A DNA stretch of 64,000 bases from Methanothrix sp. Lineage in GTDB: Archaea > Halobacteriota > Methanosarcinia > Methanotrichales > Methanotrichaceae. Below the pieces are notes generated by a model. It did not search any database, was not told the origin of the DNA, and saw only the letters and a program-made list of their open reading frames with translations. Position 1 is the first letter of the stretch, and each line of letters starts with the position of its first letter. The position numbers were made by a program, and so were the translations under genes. Where the stretch lies: positions 20,770-84,769 of the forward strand of contig JAXGJB010000007.1 in the NCBI GenBank assembly GCA_040770465.1. Direction: 5' to 3'. This document shows, one piece after another, positions 19,692 through 29,567 of this stretch.

Positions 19692-20483
19692 TCAGCCGAG
19701 GAGCCTGGAGATCTCCGAGAAGTCGACCCTTGCGGTGTTGTCGATGGTCAGGGGGGTGATGGAGATCTTCCCCTCCTGGTAGACGGCCCGGACGTCGGTC
19801 CCCTCCCGCTCGGTGCAGACGAGGTCGCCGTCGATCCAGTAGTAGGGCCTGCCCCGAGGATCGGCCCGCTCCTGGACCGCGGTATTGAAGATCTTCCGGG
19901 CGAGCCTTGTGACCACCACCTCCGTATCCTCGGTGGCGTTGACGGGGATGTTGAGGTTGAGGATGTCCACCCCTGCCGGAAGGCCCTTCTCCAGGACGTT
20001 TTTCGCCACCCGCCGGACGAGGCTGCTGGCGACGTCGAACTGGTAGGCCTGATCGTTGACGTTGTCGAACTTGTCTCCCTGGTCGACGACCTGGATCGAG
20101 GCGGTTATCGCGGGAACCCCGTAGCTTGCCGCCTCCAGGGCCGCGCCGATCGTCCCGCTGGTGGTGACGGTGTCGGTGCTGATGTTCTCCCCGATGTTTA
20201 TCCCCGAGACGGCGAGGTCAGGAAGCTTCCCCTTCATCAGCCAGAATATTCCCATGATGACGGAGTCGGTGGGGGTGCCGGAGACCTCGTACGCCTCTAC
20301 GCCGTCGAGGCTGACCCGATTATACCTCAACGGCTCGAAGATGGAGATCGACCTTCCGACGCCTGACCTCTGGCCGGAGGGGGCCGCCACCAGAAGCTCG
20401 CCGAGGCCCGCCACCCCCCGGACCGCCGCCTTGATCCCCGCGGAGTAGACACCATCGTCGTTGGTAACCAGTATACGGTACAT
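19692..20483 (-). CDS. surE: 5'/3'-nucleotidase SurE
   Basis: ILVTNDDG, SGTPTDSV, SGINIGEN, SGTIGAALEA. Confidence 0.96.
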   Translation of the reverse strand: MYRILVTNDDGVYSAGIKAAVRGVAGLGELLVAAPSGQRSGVGRSISIFEPLRYNRVSLDGVEAYEVSGTPTDSVIMGIFWLMKGKLPDLAVSGINIGENISTDTVTTSGTIGAALEAASYGVPAITASIQVVDQGDKFDNVNDQAYQFDVASSLVRRVAKNVLEKGLPAGVDILNLNIPVNATEDTEVVVTRLARKIFNTAVQERADPRGRPYYWIDGDLVCTEREGTDVRAVYQEGKISITPLTIDNTARVDFSEISRLLG

Positions 20484-20595
20484 CGCTTATCTTATCGGGG
20501 ATGGGGGTATAAAAATGGAGCGACGTTGCGATTCGCGAGATCTTTCTTTCAGATTAAAAAGGCCGCCGTGAGCGCCGCCAGAAGACGAAGTCCAG

Positions 20596-21360
20596 CTAGG
20601 AGTCCAGGTTCAGCTTCGCATAGATCTCGGCGATCCCCATAAGCGCCCGGTATCCCTTCTCGGTGATCATGTAGTCCCCCCTCTCGTGCCGCTGGAGGAT
20701 CATCCCCGAGCCGAGGAGCTTTTCGAGGTGAAAGAGGAGGTTTCCGCCCCGAAGCCCTGTCAGCTCCGAGAGGGACGAGAAGGACTTCGTCTCGCTCGCG
20801 AGGCTCTTCAGGATCTGGAGCCTCTGCCTGCTATTCAGAGGCTCCAGGATCTCTTTGACGACCGCCTCCACCGGCAGGTCCTGAGACTCCTGCATCTTTT
20901 CGTCCTTCGTCTCGTATATCCGCATCGACCGGAGAAGCTCGATCTGCTTCTCCTGGAGCTTTGACGCCTCAGAAAAGCACCTCTCGCACCGGTCGTAGGG
21001 AGCTTTGGACCGCAGATCCGAGAGGCGCGACCTCAGCTCCTCTATCGTCAGCTCTCCGGCTTCGGAGTCCGAGTTCCTGATGAGGCCCGCGCTCTCCTTC
21101 AGAAGTCCCTGAAATCGGGTCTTGCAGGCCTTTTTCATCTCGCAGCCCTCGACCATATTCTCCTCCAGCCCCTCCTCGGCCTCCTCCTCCACGTGGTGGA
21201 TCAGGACCTCCGAGAAGCTCTTCCTGAAGTCGGCGAGGATCGACTCCATATGCTCTCGGTTCGAGCGCTCCATGAACCGCTTCAGGTCGGCGTGCATCTC
21301 CCGCAGCTCCGACCTGATCTCGGAGAGCTCCCTCTGAACGGGCTCTTTCAGGGCTTCCAT
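20596..21360 (-). CDS. Winged-helix (ArsR-like) regulator with Cys-containing N-terminal domain
   Basis: C-terminal RLQILKSL...FSSLSELTGLRGGNLLFHLEKL...YMITEKG; CEMKKAC and CERC motifs. Confidence 0.85.
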   Translation of the reverse strand: MEALKEPVQRELSEIRSELREMHADLKRFMERSNREHMESILADFRKSFSEVLIHHVEEEAEEGLEENMVEGCEMKKACKTRFQGLLKESAGLIRNSDSEAGELTIEELRSRLSDLRSKAPYDRCERCFSEASKLQEKQIELLRSMRIYETKDEKMQESQDLPVEAVVKEILEPLNSRQRLQILKSLASETKSFSSLSELTGLRGGNLLFHLEKLLGSGMILQRHERGDYMITEKGYRALMGIAEIYAKLNLDS

Positions 21361-21504
21361 GGCCGGGATTTATGGCCTCGATCGGCTAAAAGGTTTCCCC
21401 CATATATCTAAAGGTTATTTTTGTGTATCAAGCCGGAATTAGTACATTTCGATGACGCTAAAGTATATATTCATACCTGTACTATTAGGTTATGAGGTGA
21501 AAAA

Positions 21505-21744
21505 ATGAGCGTCAAAGATGAGATACACGCGCAGATCACAGGAGCCCTGAAGGGAGCAAAGTTTCCGATAAAAACCCCTGAGGAGCTTCTGGCGGCGATG
21601 CCCGCGGGCGCCGCGACGAAATGCAAGGCAGGCGACGTGGAGCTGACGGCAGGGGACGCCGGCAAAGTCCTTAAGGGCAGCGATTTTCCTTTCAAGAGCG
21701 CAAAAGAGGTGGCCGACGTCATCGTAGAGAGGGCGGGGCTTTAG
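21505..21744 (+). CDS. MTH865-family protein
   Basis: GAKFPIKTPEELLAAMPAG...DFPFKSAKEVAD; GAGGTGA RBS. Confidence 0.88.
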   Translation: MSVKDEIHAQITGALKGAKFPIKTPEELLAAMPAGAATKCKAGDVELTAGDAGKVLKGSDFPFKSAKEVADVIVERAGL

Positions 21745-21809
21745 GCTCCAACCCTTTCTTTCTCTTATTTATATTTTATAATTAATTACATATTTGAGAT
21801 ATATCCTTT

Positions 21810-23552
21810 TCATCTCTGCACGCCAGTCTCGTAGGCCCGGATGACGTCGGTCCTGGTTATTATCCCGACCAGCTTTTGCGGATCGTCGGCGTTCACCACC
21901 GGCAGCCTCCCGATCTTGTTCTCGTACATCAGGTCCATGGCGTACTTTGCGGACTGGTCTGGGCGGACGGTGATCACCTCCTTCACGGCAACGTCGCCGA
22001 CGGTGGTGCTGTCCTGCTCGGCGATCGGGACCTTCCTCAGATCGTCGAAGGTGACGATGCCAGCGAGACGCCCATCCTCCACCACCGGAAATCCGTTGTG
22101 ATTGAGCCTGAAGATCAGCTCTCGAAGCTCTCTCAGCGGCATCTCGGGACCGGCGACGACGACCTCCGGCTCCATCGCCTCTCCGATGGCGATGCTCTTC
22201 AATACGGGCTGGGGCTGGTCGATGAATATCCCCTTCTTCATCAGCTTGATGGAGTAGATGGACATCCCCTTCATCAGGATCTGGGCCGTGGCGTAGCTGA
22301 GAACGCAGGCGATGATGATGGGGGGAAGCCTGCTGTAGCTGCTGGCCATCTCTGGGATCATGACGATGCAGGTGAGTGGCGCCCGGGCAGCCCCGGCGAA
22401 GAGGGCGGCCATCCCAAGAAGGCCGTATACCGTCGGCGACGCCGTGTTCAGGCCCGGTAGAAACGCATCGGCGAAGAGGCCGAAGGCGACGCCGAACATG
22501 AACCCGATGTAAAGGGACGGCGCGAATATGCCGCCGCTACCGCCAGACCCCACGGTGAAGGACGTGGCCAGGATCTTCAAGAGGCCGAGGGCGATCAGAA
22601 GTAGCACCGCATCAGAGAAGACGGGAAACGACTCCATCTCGAAGATCCTGGTTATGCCGTCGTATCCGACGCCCATAATCCCGTATCCGAAGAGGTAGTA
22701 CCCGCTGACCCCCGCCACGATTCCGCCCGCTGCGGGCTTTAGCATCTTCGGGATATTGAGGGCCTCGAAGGCGTCCTCTACAAGATAGAAGAACTTCACC
22801 CAGGCGAAGGCGAGAGCACCGAAGATCGGGCCGAGGAGAAAGCAGAGGGCGAGGTCTGTGGTGCTGAAGACGAACTCGGGATTGAAGAAGGCCGGGGTGG
22901 GGGCGGTGAGGGCGGCCGCCACCGCCGCGCCGACGACCGCAGACATCAGGATCGGGACCGAGTCGAACGGTGAGAACCTCCTCGCCACCACCTCCATGCT
23001 GAATATGGCGCCACCCATGGGGGCGTTGAAGGTCCCGGCGATCCCGGCGGCGACGCCGCAGACCGTCAGGAGTTTCAGGTCTCCCGATCGTAGCCTGAAG
23101 ATCTGGCCTATGAGGGACCCGAAGGAGGCCCCAATCTGGGCTATGGGCCCCTCCCTTCCGGCGCTACCGCCGCTGCCGATGATGACGGCGGAGGAGAGGA
23201 TGAGAAGAAAGCCCACCCTCTTTCGGATCTGCCCCCCGCTCACCAGGAGGCTCTCGATGATCTGGGGGACGCCGTGCCCCTTCGCCTCAGGGGCCAGGAT
23301 GCTGACGATGGGACCGACGATCAGCCCTCCAATGATGGGAAAGAGGATCACATAGTGGCTGGGCCCGATGCCCTCCTGATAGACCCCTGAGAAGAATATG
23401 CCGTGGACGAACTCAATGGCATCTCGAAATGCTATGGCGCCAGCTCCTCCCGCCAAGCCGATGAGAATGGCCAGAAAGTCGATGTAGGCCCATCGGTACG
23501 TTTCAGATAATTTCTTGATGAAGCCTTCTCCGACGTTTCGATCTCGATTCAA
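21810..23552 (-). CDS. ClC chloride channel/transporter with CBS pair
   Basis: GHGVP, GREGP, FNAP, GGIFAP, two CBS domains. Confidence 0.93.
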   Translation of the reverse strand: MNRDRNVGEGFIKKLSETYRWAYIDFLAILIGLAGGAGAIAFRDAIEFVHGIFFSGVYQEGIGPSHYVILFPIIGGLIVGPIVSILAPEAKGHGVPQIIESLLVSGGQIRKRVGFLLILSSAVIIGSGGSAGREGPIAQIGASFGSLIGQIFRLRSGDLKLLTVCGVAAGIAGTFNAPMGGAIFSMEVVARRFSPFDSVPILMSAVVGAAVAAALTAPTPAFFNPEFVFSTTDLALCFLLGPIFGALAFAWVKFFYLVEDAFEALNIPKMLKPAAGGIVAGVSGYYLFGYGIMGVGYDGITRIFEMESFPVFSDAVLLLIALGLLKILATSFTVGSGGSGGIFAPSLYIGFMFGVAFGLFADAFLPGLNTASPTVYGLLGMAALFAGAARAPLTCIVMIPEMASSYSRLPPIIIACVLSYATAQILMKGMSIYSIKLMKKGIFIDQPQPVLKSIAIGEAMEPEVVVAGPEMPLRELRELIFRLNHNGFPVVEDGRLAGIVTFDDLRKVPIAEQDSTTVGDVAVKEVITVRPDQSAKYAMDLMYENKIGRLPVVNADDPQKLVGIITRTDVIRAYETGVQR

Positions 23553-23673
23553 GACAGCATATTAATGTTCATCTCAATATAAACCCTTAACTCACCGTCT
23601 CTAATCCTCCCTTTTAACGCTGCCAAATGTCGAGAGGAACAAGAACTGTGGATCGGAGAATCGGAGGTTCGGT

Positions 23674-25326
23674 CTACTGCTCGGCTTCCTTTTCGTAAAC
23701 CTGGATAGCGTCGGAGCGGGTAATTATCCCGACCACCTCCATCGATCCGTCGTCTTTCACCACCGGAAGCCGGCCGATCCCGTTCTGGTGCATCAGGTCC
23801 ATGGCGTACTTAACAGACTGGTCAGGAGAGACGAATATTACATCCTCGGTCGCCACCTCTTCGACGAGGGCGTCGTCCTGGGCGTTGAGAGGAATCCCCC
23901 TCAGATCGTCGAAGGTGATCATCCCGGCGAGCCTGCCATCGTCGACGACGGGAAAACCGGTGTAGTTTAACCGGTCGATGAGACCGCGGACCTCGGATAA
24001 GGGCGTCTTCGAGCTGACGGTGACGACATCCGTTTTCATCGCCTCTCCCACCGGCACGACCTTCAGGAGCGGCTGGTTAGGATCGAGGTAGACTCCCCGC
24101 CTCATCAGCTTTATCGAGTAGATCGACCCGCCCCCCAGGAGGATCTGGGCCGTGGCGTAGCTCAAGATGCAGGATATTATCAGGGGTGGAAGCCTGCTGT
24201 AGCTGCTGGCCATCTCCGGGATCATCACTATGCAGGTCAACGGTGCCCGGGCAGCGCCCGCGAAGAAGGCGCCCATCCCCAAAAGGCCGTAGGCCGAGGG
24301 TTCGGTCAGAGTTCCTGGAAAGGATCTTGATGCCAGGACCCCGAAGAGAGCTCCGAGCATTGATCCGATGTAGAGGGTGGGGGCGAAGAGGCCGCCGCTT
24401 CCGCCCGATCCGACGGTGGAGGCTGTGGCCAAGACCTTGAGCACCGCGAGAGCCAGGAGGAGAAGGAGGAGGGCGGTGGAGGGGTTGGATGAGATCATCT
24501 TGAAGACCAGGTTTATCCCCTCGTACCCCACCCCCATGATCCCGAAGTCGAGGAAGTAGAGGCCGATTATGCCTGCTGCAAAGCCGCCAAACGCTGGCTT
24601 CAGCTTCTCGGATATCGGAATCCTGCCGAAGAAGTCCTCGGCTTTGTAGTAACTTTTGACCCAGAGGAAGGCCAGAAATCCGAATAAGGGGCCAAGAATG
24701 AAGCAGAGGGCGAGGTCGGAGGACTTGAAGACGAAGACCGGGTTTATGAAGTCGGGAACGGGGTTTATCAGCTCTGAAGCCACCGCCTTTCCCACCACCG
24801 ACGAGATGAGGATCGGCACCGCATCGTAGGAGGAGAACCTTCTGGAGATCACTTCCATGCTGAAGACGGCGCCGCCCATGGGGGCATTGAAGGTGCCGGC
24901 GATCCCGGCGGCGACGCCGCAGGCGGTGAGAAGCCTCATCTCCCTGGGCCCCAGCCTCGCGGCCTGGCCGATGAGAGATCCAAAGGAAGCACCTATCTGA
25001 ACGATGGGCCCCTCTCTTCCTGCGCTGCCGCCGCTTCCCACGGTGACGGCCGAGGCGCATATGATTATGAAGCCCACCCTCTTTCTGATCTGCCCTCCAC
25101 GCCTCTGAAGGGCCTCCATGACGGTGGGGATCCCGTCGCCCCTCGCCTCGGGGGCGAGACAGCAGACCACCGGCCCCACAATCAGCCCGCCGATCACCGG
25201 CAGGAGGATTATGAAATGATCATTGGGCAGGCAAGGCAGGAGATGGTTGAAGAAGAGGTCATGGACGGCGAAGATGGATTCGCGAAAGATAACAGCCCCA
25301 AGACCCCCGGCCACCCCCACAAACAC
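23674..25326 (-). CDS. ClC chloride channel/transporter with CBS pair (tandem paralogue; N-terminus uncertain)
   Basis: GDGIP, GREGP, FNAP, GGLFAP, CBS pair; homology continues in frame to about 25389 without a canonical start. Confidence 0.9.
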   Translation of the reverse strand: MFVGVAGGLGAVIFRESIFAVHDLFFNHLLPCLPNDHFIILLPVIGGLIVGPVVCCLAPEARGDGIPTVMEALQRRGGQIRKRVGFIIICASAVTVGSGGSAGREGPIVQIGASFGSLIGQAARLGPREMRLLTACGVAAGIAGTFNAPMGGAVFSMEVISRRFSSYDAVPILISSVVGKAVASELINPVPDFINPVFVFKSSDLALCFILGPLFGFLAFLWVKSYYKAEDFFGRIPISEKLKPAFGGFAAGIIGLYFLDFGIMGVGYEGINLVFKMISSNPSTALLLLLLALAVLKVLATASTVGSGGSGGLFAPTLYIGSMLGALFGVLASRSFPGTLTEPSAYGLLGMGAFFAGAARAPLTCIVMIPEMASSYSRLPPLIISCILSYATAQILLGGGSIYSIKLMRRGVYLDPNQPLLKVVPVGEAMKTDVVTVSSKTPLSEVRGLIDRLNYTGFPVVDDGRLAGMITFDDLRGIPLNAQDDALVEEVATEDVIFVSPDQSVKYAMDLMHQNGIGRLPVVKDDGSMEVVGIITRSDAIQVYEKEAEQ

Positions 25327-25529
25327 TGCCAGAAGGTCTATGAAAGCCCCTCTGTGATCCTCTGAAAATCGCCTGATAAGCTCCGCCTCAGGGGCGCTTT
25401 AATGCCCATTGGAATATAAACCCTTTATGCCAGCGGCCAGCAGCCTTCGAAGTCGGCTCAGCGAGCACATCCTGAACGATGAAAGACGATATTATCATCA
25501 TCTCCGTTTCAAGTCTCACCTTCTGATCG

Positions 25530-26440
25530 GAAGCTAATATATAATAATATTATATATAGTTATCAATATAGATTAAACCATCCATCTAAATAAAGGAAAT
25601 TAAGTTAAAGTATAAAATTTGGAGTTTACTTTATGTAAAATCAAATACGATTTAATAGTGATGATATGTTATATATCAATATAAATGTATTAAAAATAAA
25701 ATTTATATATAAGAAGCTAAAATTAAAATGCTGATACCAACAGTAATTTAAATATTGTTACTGATTTTAAAGTTCTATAATTAATTGCGCTTAATTTTAT
25801 AAACATAACTTGTGATGATAATAGTAAGGATTTGGAGGCCAAAACATATTCTATAAAAATAGCCAAATTTTTGATGGGCCGGATTATCTATTCTTATAGT
25901 ATATGTGCATCAGCTGTGTTGTGGGGGTTGGATATGCTTCAAGAGCACTTTTCAGCCCAATAACCATCATGGTATGCGACGAGAGACTTAAATTCGTATA
26001 GACTATGGAACGGCCTTGTTTCCAAAATTGGGTCGAATCAAGTGGTAAGAAGTTTATACTTAGAGCATATAAGAATGAATTTGAGCACAACGGCATATAC
26101 AACTAATTTGATCTAGCTGACCGCTTTATAGGTTCCTATCTCAATTATAGCTCACTAATTCCATTGAAAATAAGTAAAAATTAATAAATTCAATATTTTT
26201 TATATAACTATAACTTAGTAATTTAATAAATAAACTTTAAATAAGTCGTTTACTTAATTGTACATAGTTTAATTACATTATATAATAAATTTATGTTTAT
26301 TTAGCATTAGATAAATAAGTTGAATACTATGTCGATAATAAATGATTATTATTGCAATAATTAGAATAGTATATGTATTATCATTAGACGTTAATAGTTA
26401 TAAGTTGCAGATAGAAAGTGAGACTTAGATAATTCAAATT
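25530..26440. other. Extremely AT-rich non-coding island
   Basis: Visibly AT-dominated against GC-rich flanks; no convincing ORF. Confidence 0.8.
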
Positions 26441-26763
26441 CTGGAACGGAGACTGTATCTCGACGTCGATTGGCCCCCCCCCATGTATTACCGATTCATG
26501 AACGCTTTTGCCGGGTTCGATTCTCGACCTCCAACCGGGACGGACAATCACTTGAAGGTCGTCAAGTCGGAGCCTGTGCCGCTGCGCCTCGAAGAGATAA
26601 CAAATCTCCGAGATCTCGACCAAAATTAAGAGCCGGGATAGCATTCATCGGCAAGCCGACGCGTACACCAAGAAGCCATGCCGATAGCGTCTCTGAGGGG
26701 CTCACCAACCTGAATTATGATATATTTCGACAAATTGATATCCCTTAAAAACTCAAGTGATAA

Positions 26764-27918
26764 ATGGTGTTATTGATGAAGTCCTTCTACGCGACGCTGC
26801 TAATTGGATCTCTCCTCGTCCTATCAGGATGTGTCGAGCCTCCTGAGGAGCAAATCATCTCTGAGAAAGTTGCCTCAGAAGAATGGGTTGCCGATGGGGT
26901 CGTCGGTGAGAACGAGTACTCCAGATCGATGGTCCTGGTGGGGCCCGCAAAGTCGGGGTATTCAGGAGGCGAGATGGAGATATCCTGGAGAAACGACCAG
27001 GAGAACCTCTACATGGCCTTGAAAGGCGAGACCTCTGGCTGGATGGCGATAGGTTTCGACCCGTTGGAGTGGATGAAGGATGCTGACATGATCCTGGCAA
27101 CGGTCGAGGATGGCAAGGCCGTCGTCCTCGACGAGTACTCCTCCGGCAACTACGGGCCCCACGAGGACGACACAACCCTCGGCGGCACCTACGACATCCT
27201 TGAGTCGGGCGGGTCTGAGATTGATGGTTACACCGTCGTCGAGTTCAAGAGAAAGCTCGATACAGGCGACGAGTTCGACAAAGCCCTGGCGCTCGGCCAG
27301 CCCGTCTCGATCATCTGGGCCATGGCCGATTCAACGTCAAGATATCAAAAGCACAATGTCGCCTATGGCGAGGGAATCCTGACCCTCGCCCAGGATCAGA
27401 CTTCAGGCGTCAAGGCAGCATCTCTCAGCCCGAGGGAGGAAGAGGGGGTCCTTTTCATTTGGGAAGAGGAGAAGGTGGCTCGCGACCTCTATACCGCCCT
27501 TTACCAGGAGACGAATCTCAGCGTATTCGTGGACCTGGCAGACTCCGAGCAGAACCACATGGACCGGGCAAAGACCCTCATAGATGAGCACGGTCTTGAA
27601 GTTCCCGTCGGAGACGATCCGGGGGTTTTCAGCAATCAGACCCTAATCGGCCTGTACAACGACCTTCTCGCCCAGGGCAGCATATCTCAGGAGGACGCCC
27701 TGAAGGTTGCGGCAACCTTCGAGGAGATCAGCATAATCGACCTCGAGAAGGAGCTGGAGGTTTCCGATAACGAAGATGTGAGGGCCGTCTATGAGGGGTT
27801 ATTGGCGGGCTCCAGAAAGCATCTCCGTTCTTATGTGAGAGACCTGGATGATATGGATATATCATACACGCCTCAGTACTTGAGCGAGAAGGAGTTTGAT
27901 GAGGTCGTAAAAGCCTGA
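26764..27918 (+). CDS. Lipoprotein with DOMON domain fused to DUF2202 ferritin-like domain
   Basis: Lipobox LSGC; GWMAIGF..MKDADM, EFKRKLDTGD..D, IIWA..KH (DOMON); EEEKVARDLY, SEQNH, GSRKHLRSY (DUF2202). Confidence 0.85.
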   Translation: MVLLMKSFYATLLIGSLLVLSGCVEPPEEQIISEKVASEEWVADGVVGENEYSRSMVLVGPAKSGYSGGEMEISWRNDQENLYMALKGETSGWMAIGFDPLEWMKDADMILATVEDGKAVVLDEYSSGNYGPHEDDTTLGGTYDILESGGSEIDGYTVVEFKRKLDTGDEFDKALALGQPVSIIWAMADSTSRYQKHNVAYGEGILTLAQDQTSGVKAASLSPREEEGVLFIWEEEKVARDLYTALYQETNLSVFVDLADSEQNHMDRAKTLIDEHGLEVPVGDDPGVFSNQTLIGLYNDLLAQGSISQEDALKVAATFEEISIIDLEKELEVSDNEDVRAVYEGLLAGSRKHLRSYVRDLDDMDISYTPQYLSEKEFDEVVKA

Positions 27919-28256
27919 TATCTTCAATTTTTACTTCATCCAATTTCCTTTTTTAATTCGCTTATCGTTACTCCAAAAAATGTCCCTCCACTTTAGGACA
28001 TGCACCATCCTGAACTTGATTTAAACGCAACTATTCAGGCTTTTAAGGGCTGGATTAGAATCTGAAAGGATCTGAGCGATCTCGCTAGATGGATCGGTTT
28101 TGTTCAGGAAAAAGCTGCAGTATATGAATGACTCAGAGAATATTTGATACCAAATTACGAGAAGATAAGCGGAGATATGGCAGATTACTCTCGCAACCTA
28201 TATATATTGACTGAAAGAGAAATAGAGGCACATTTGTTCTGGAGGTGAGGTTAAAA

Positions 28257-28544
28257 ATGGCAGACGAAGCGTACAAGAGAGCGTTTAGAACCGCCATGCA
28301 GGCACGCATGAAGAAGCTGTTCATGACACACCTCGTGATCTACCTGGTGGTCAACATCGTGTGGCTTGCTATCAACTACATGATGGTGATACCAGATATA
28401 AAAGCCGCTGGTGCAACTCTGCCCTTCTGGCAGCCATGGTTTTCGCCCATAGGCTGGGGCATATGCATAGTCATCCATTACATGACTTACGTCAGCGGCG
28501 GAGAGAGGATGATCATGGAGGTCGAGGCGGAGGCAGAGCATTAG
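28257..28544 (+). CDS. 2TM-domain membrane protein
   Basis: HLVIYLVVN...W..GWGICIVIHY; GGAGGTGAGG RBS. Confidence 0.85.
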   Translation: MADEAYKRAFRTAMQARMKKLFMTHLVIYLVVNIVWLAINYMMVIPDIKAAGATLPFWQPWFSPIGWGICIVIHYMTYVSGGERMIMEVEAEAEH

Positions 28545-28709
28545 TAGGTTCTGCATCTCTTGATTTATCGCGCAGCTAAATGTGGCGAGGGGGGCCGTTG
28601 CCGGGAAGCAGCGGCTCATATTCGCCCATCTACTCTTTTTATCAGCATGCGTCCCGAATTTCATGCGAGGCTATCCTGCACGACCTATCGATTTTCATGA
28701 TCGCATCGC

Positions 28710-29044
28710 CATGAGGAAGAAGAAGGGGTGGTTGACAAGCACAAGCTCCTCGGAATTTCGTGAGCTTCCGTCGCCGTCTCTGGAATGCTTATGGCCGTCT
28801 ATATGATCTCGGCCGCCTCCCAGGAGCACTTAAAGAGGAGCTCTTCAAGGTACCTCATGCCCACTTAGGCGCTTTGGTGATCCTTATGCTTGTTCTCACT
28901 CCAGCTTCAGGTATTCTCCAGCTCAGAGCGGCGAGGGAGAAAAAGGCGAAGATCAGAAGGGTTCACAGAACCTTCGGCAGGACCGCCCTTCTGCTGATGG
29001 CCCTGAACATGCTGTTTTTGATGCTAATCGCAAGCTTGGCCTGA
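28710..29044 (+). pseudogene. Frameshifted small His-containing membrane protein (cytochrome b561-like)
   Basis: Segments in different frames: MRKKKGWL / KHKLLGIS*ASVAVSGMLMAVYMISAASQEH / KVPHAHLGALVIL...RRVHRTFGR. Confidence 0.6.
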
Positions 29045-29066
29045 TGAAAAAAGGGGTGTGGAGGTG

Positions 29067-29453
29067 TCACTCCACCTTTATATCTTGTTTTGCTGACCAG
29101 AGTCCGTGGACGTTGCAGTACTCCATGGCCATGATCGATCCGGACTTGGAAAGCCTCACCTTCAGCTTCGCCTCGGGCTCTGAGCTGACGGGGGCGAATT
29201 CAACCCTCGCCAGCATTATGGGGTTGAAGGCCCTTCCATCCTCCCGGAAGTACACCTCGATCCACCTGATGGAGTGCTCCACTTTATTTGGATGGTTTTG
29301 TACCGAGACCTTCACCTCGAAGGGCTCATCTGCTCCTACGGCCTTCGGCGCCTCAATCCTGGGGGTGTGGCCCTCCCGTTTTCCCAGAGCCTCGCCAGCC
29401 GCCGCATCGAAGGTGTTTATAATCTCGCCCAGATTTTTCGTATCTTCGGCCAT
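29067..29453 (-). CDS. sor: Superoxide reductase (neelaredoxin, class II)
   Basis: EGHTP, HPNKVEHSIRWIE, YCNVHGLW. Confidence 0.93.
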   Translation of the reverse strand: MAEDTKNLGEIINTFDAAAGEALGKREGHTPRIEAPKAVGADEPFEVKVSVQNHPNKVEHSIRWIEVYFREDGRAFNPIMLARVEFAPVSSEPEAKLKVRLSKSGSIMAMEYCNVHGLWSAKQDIKVE

Positions 29454-29567
29454 TCATATCACCTGGTTCCATAGAGGGCTTCTGACATTAAAATGTTTTT
29501 GGTGAAACAATTTTGAAAAACCGATCGCCATCCAGCAGACCGACTCAACAAAGCTCAGCCTCGCAGA

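Noticed and set aside
25884-26106. 72-aa minus-strand ORF, and a plus-strand frame with an internal TAG (pyrrolysine read-through?)
   Set aside because: No recognisable motif or RBS, and no pyl context in the window.
25530-26440. Replication origin
   Set aside because: No ORB repeats with G-strings and no orc1/cdc6 gene nearby.
26505-26540. tRNA T-arm-like GGGTTCGATTCTC
   Set aside because: No D arm, anticodon arm or acceptor stem could be built; at most a remnant or a chance match.
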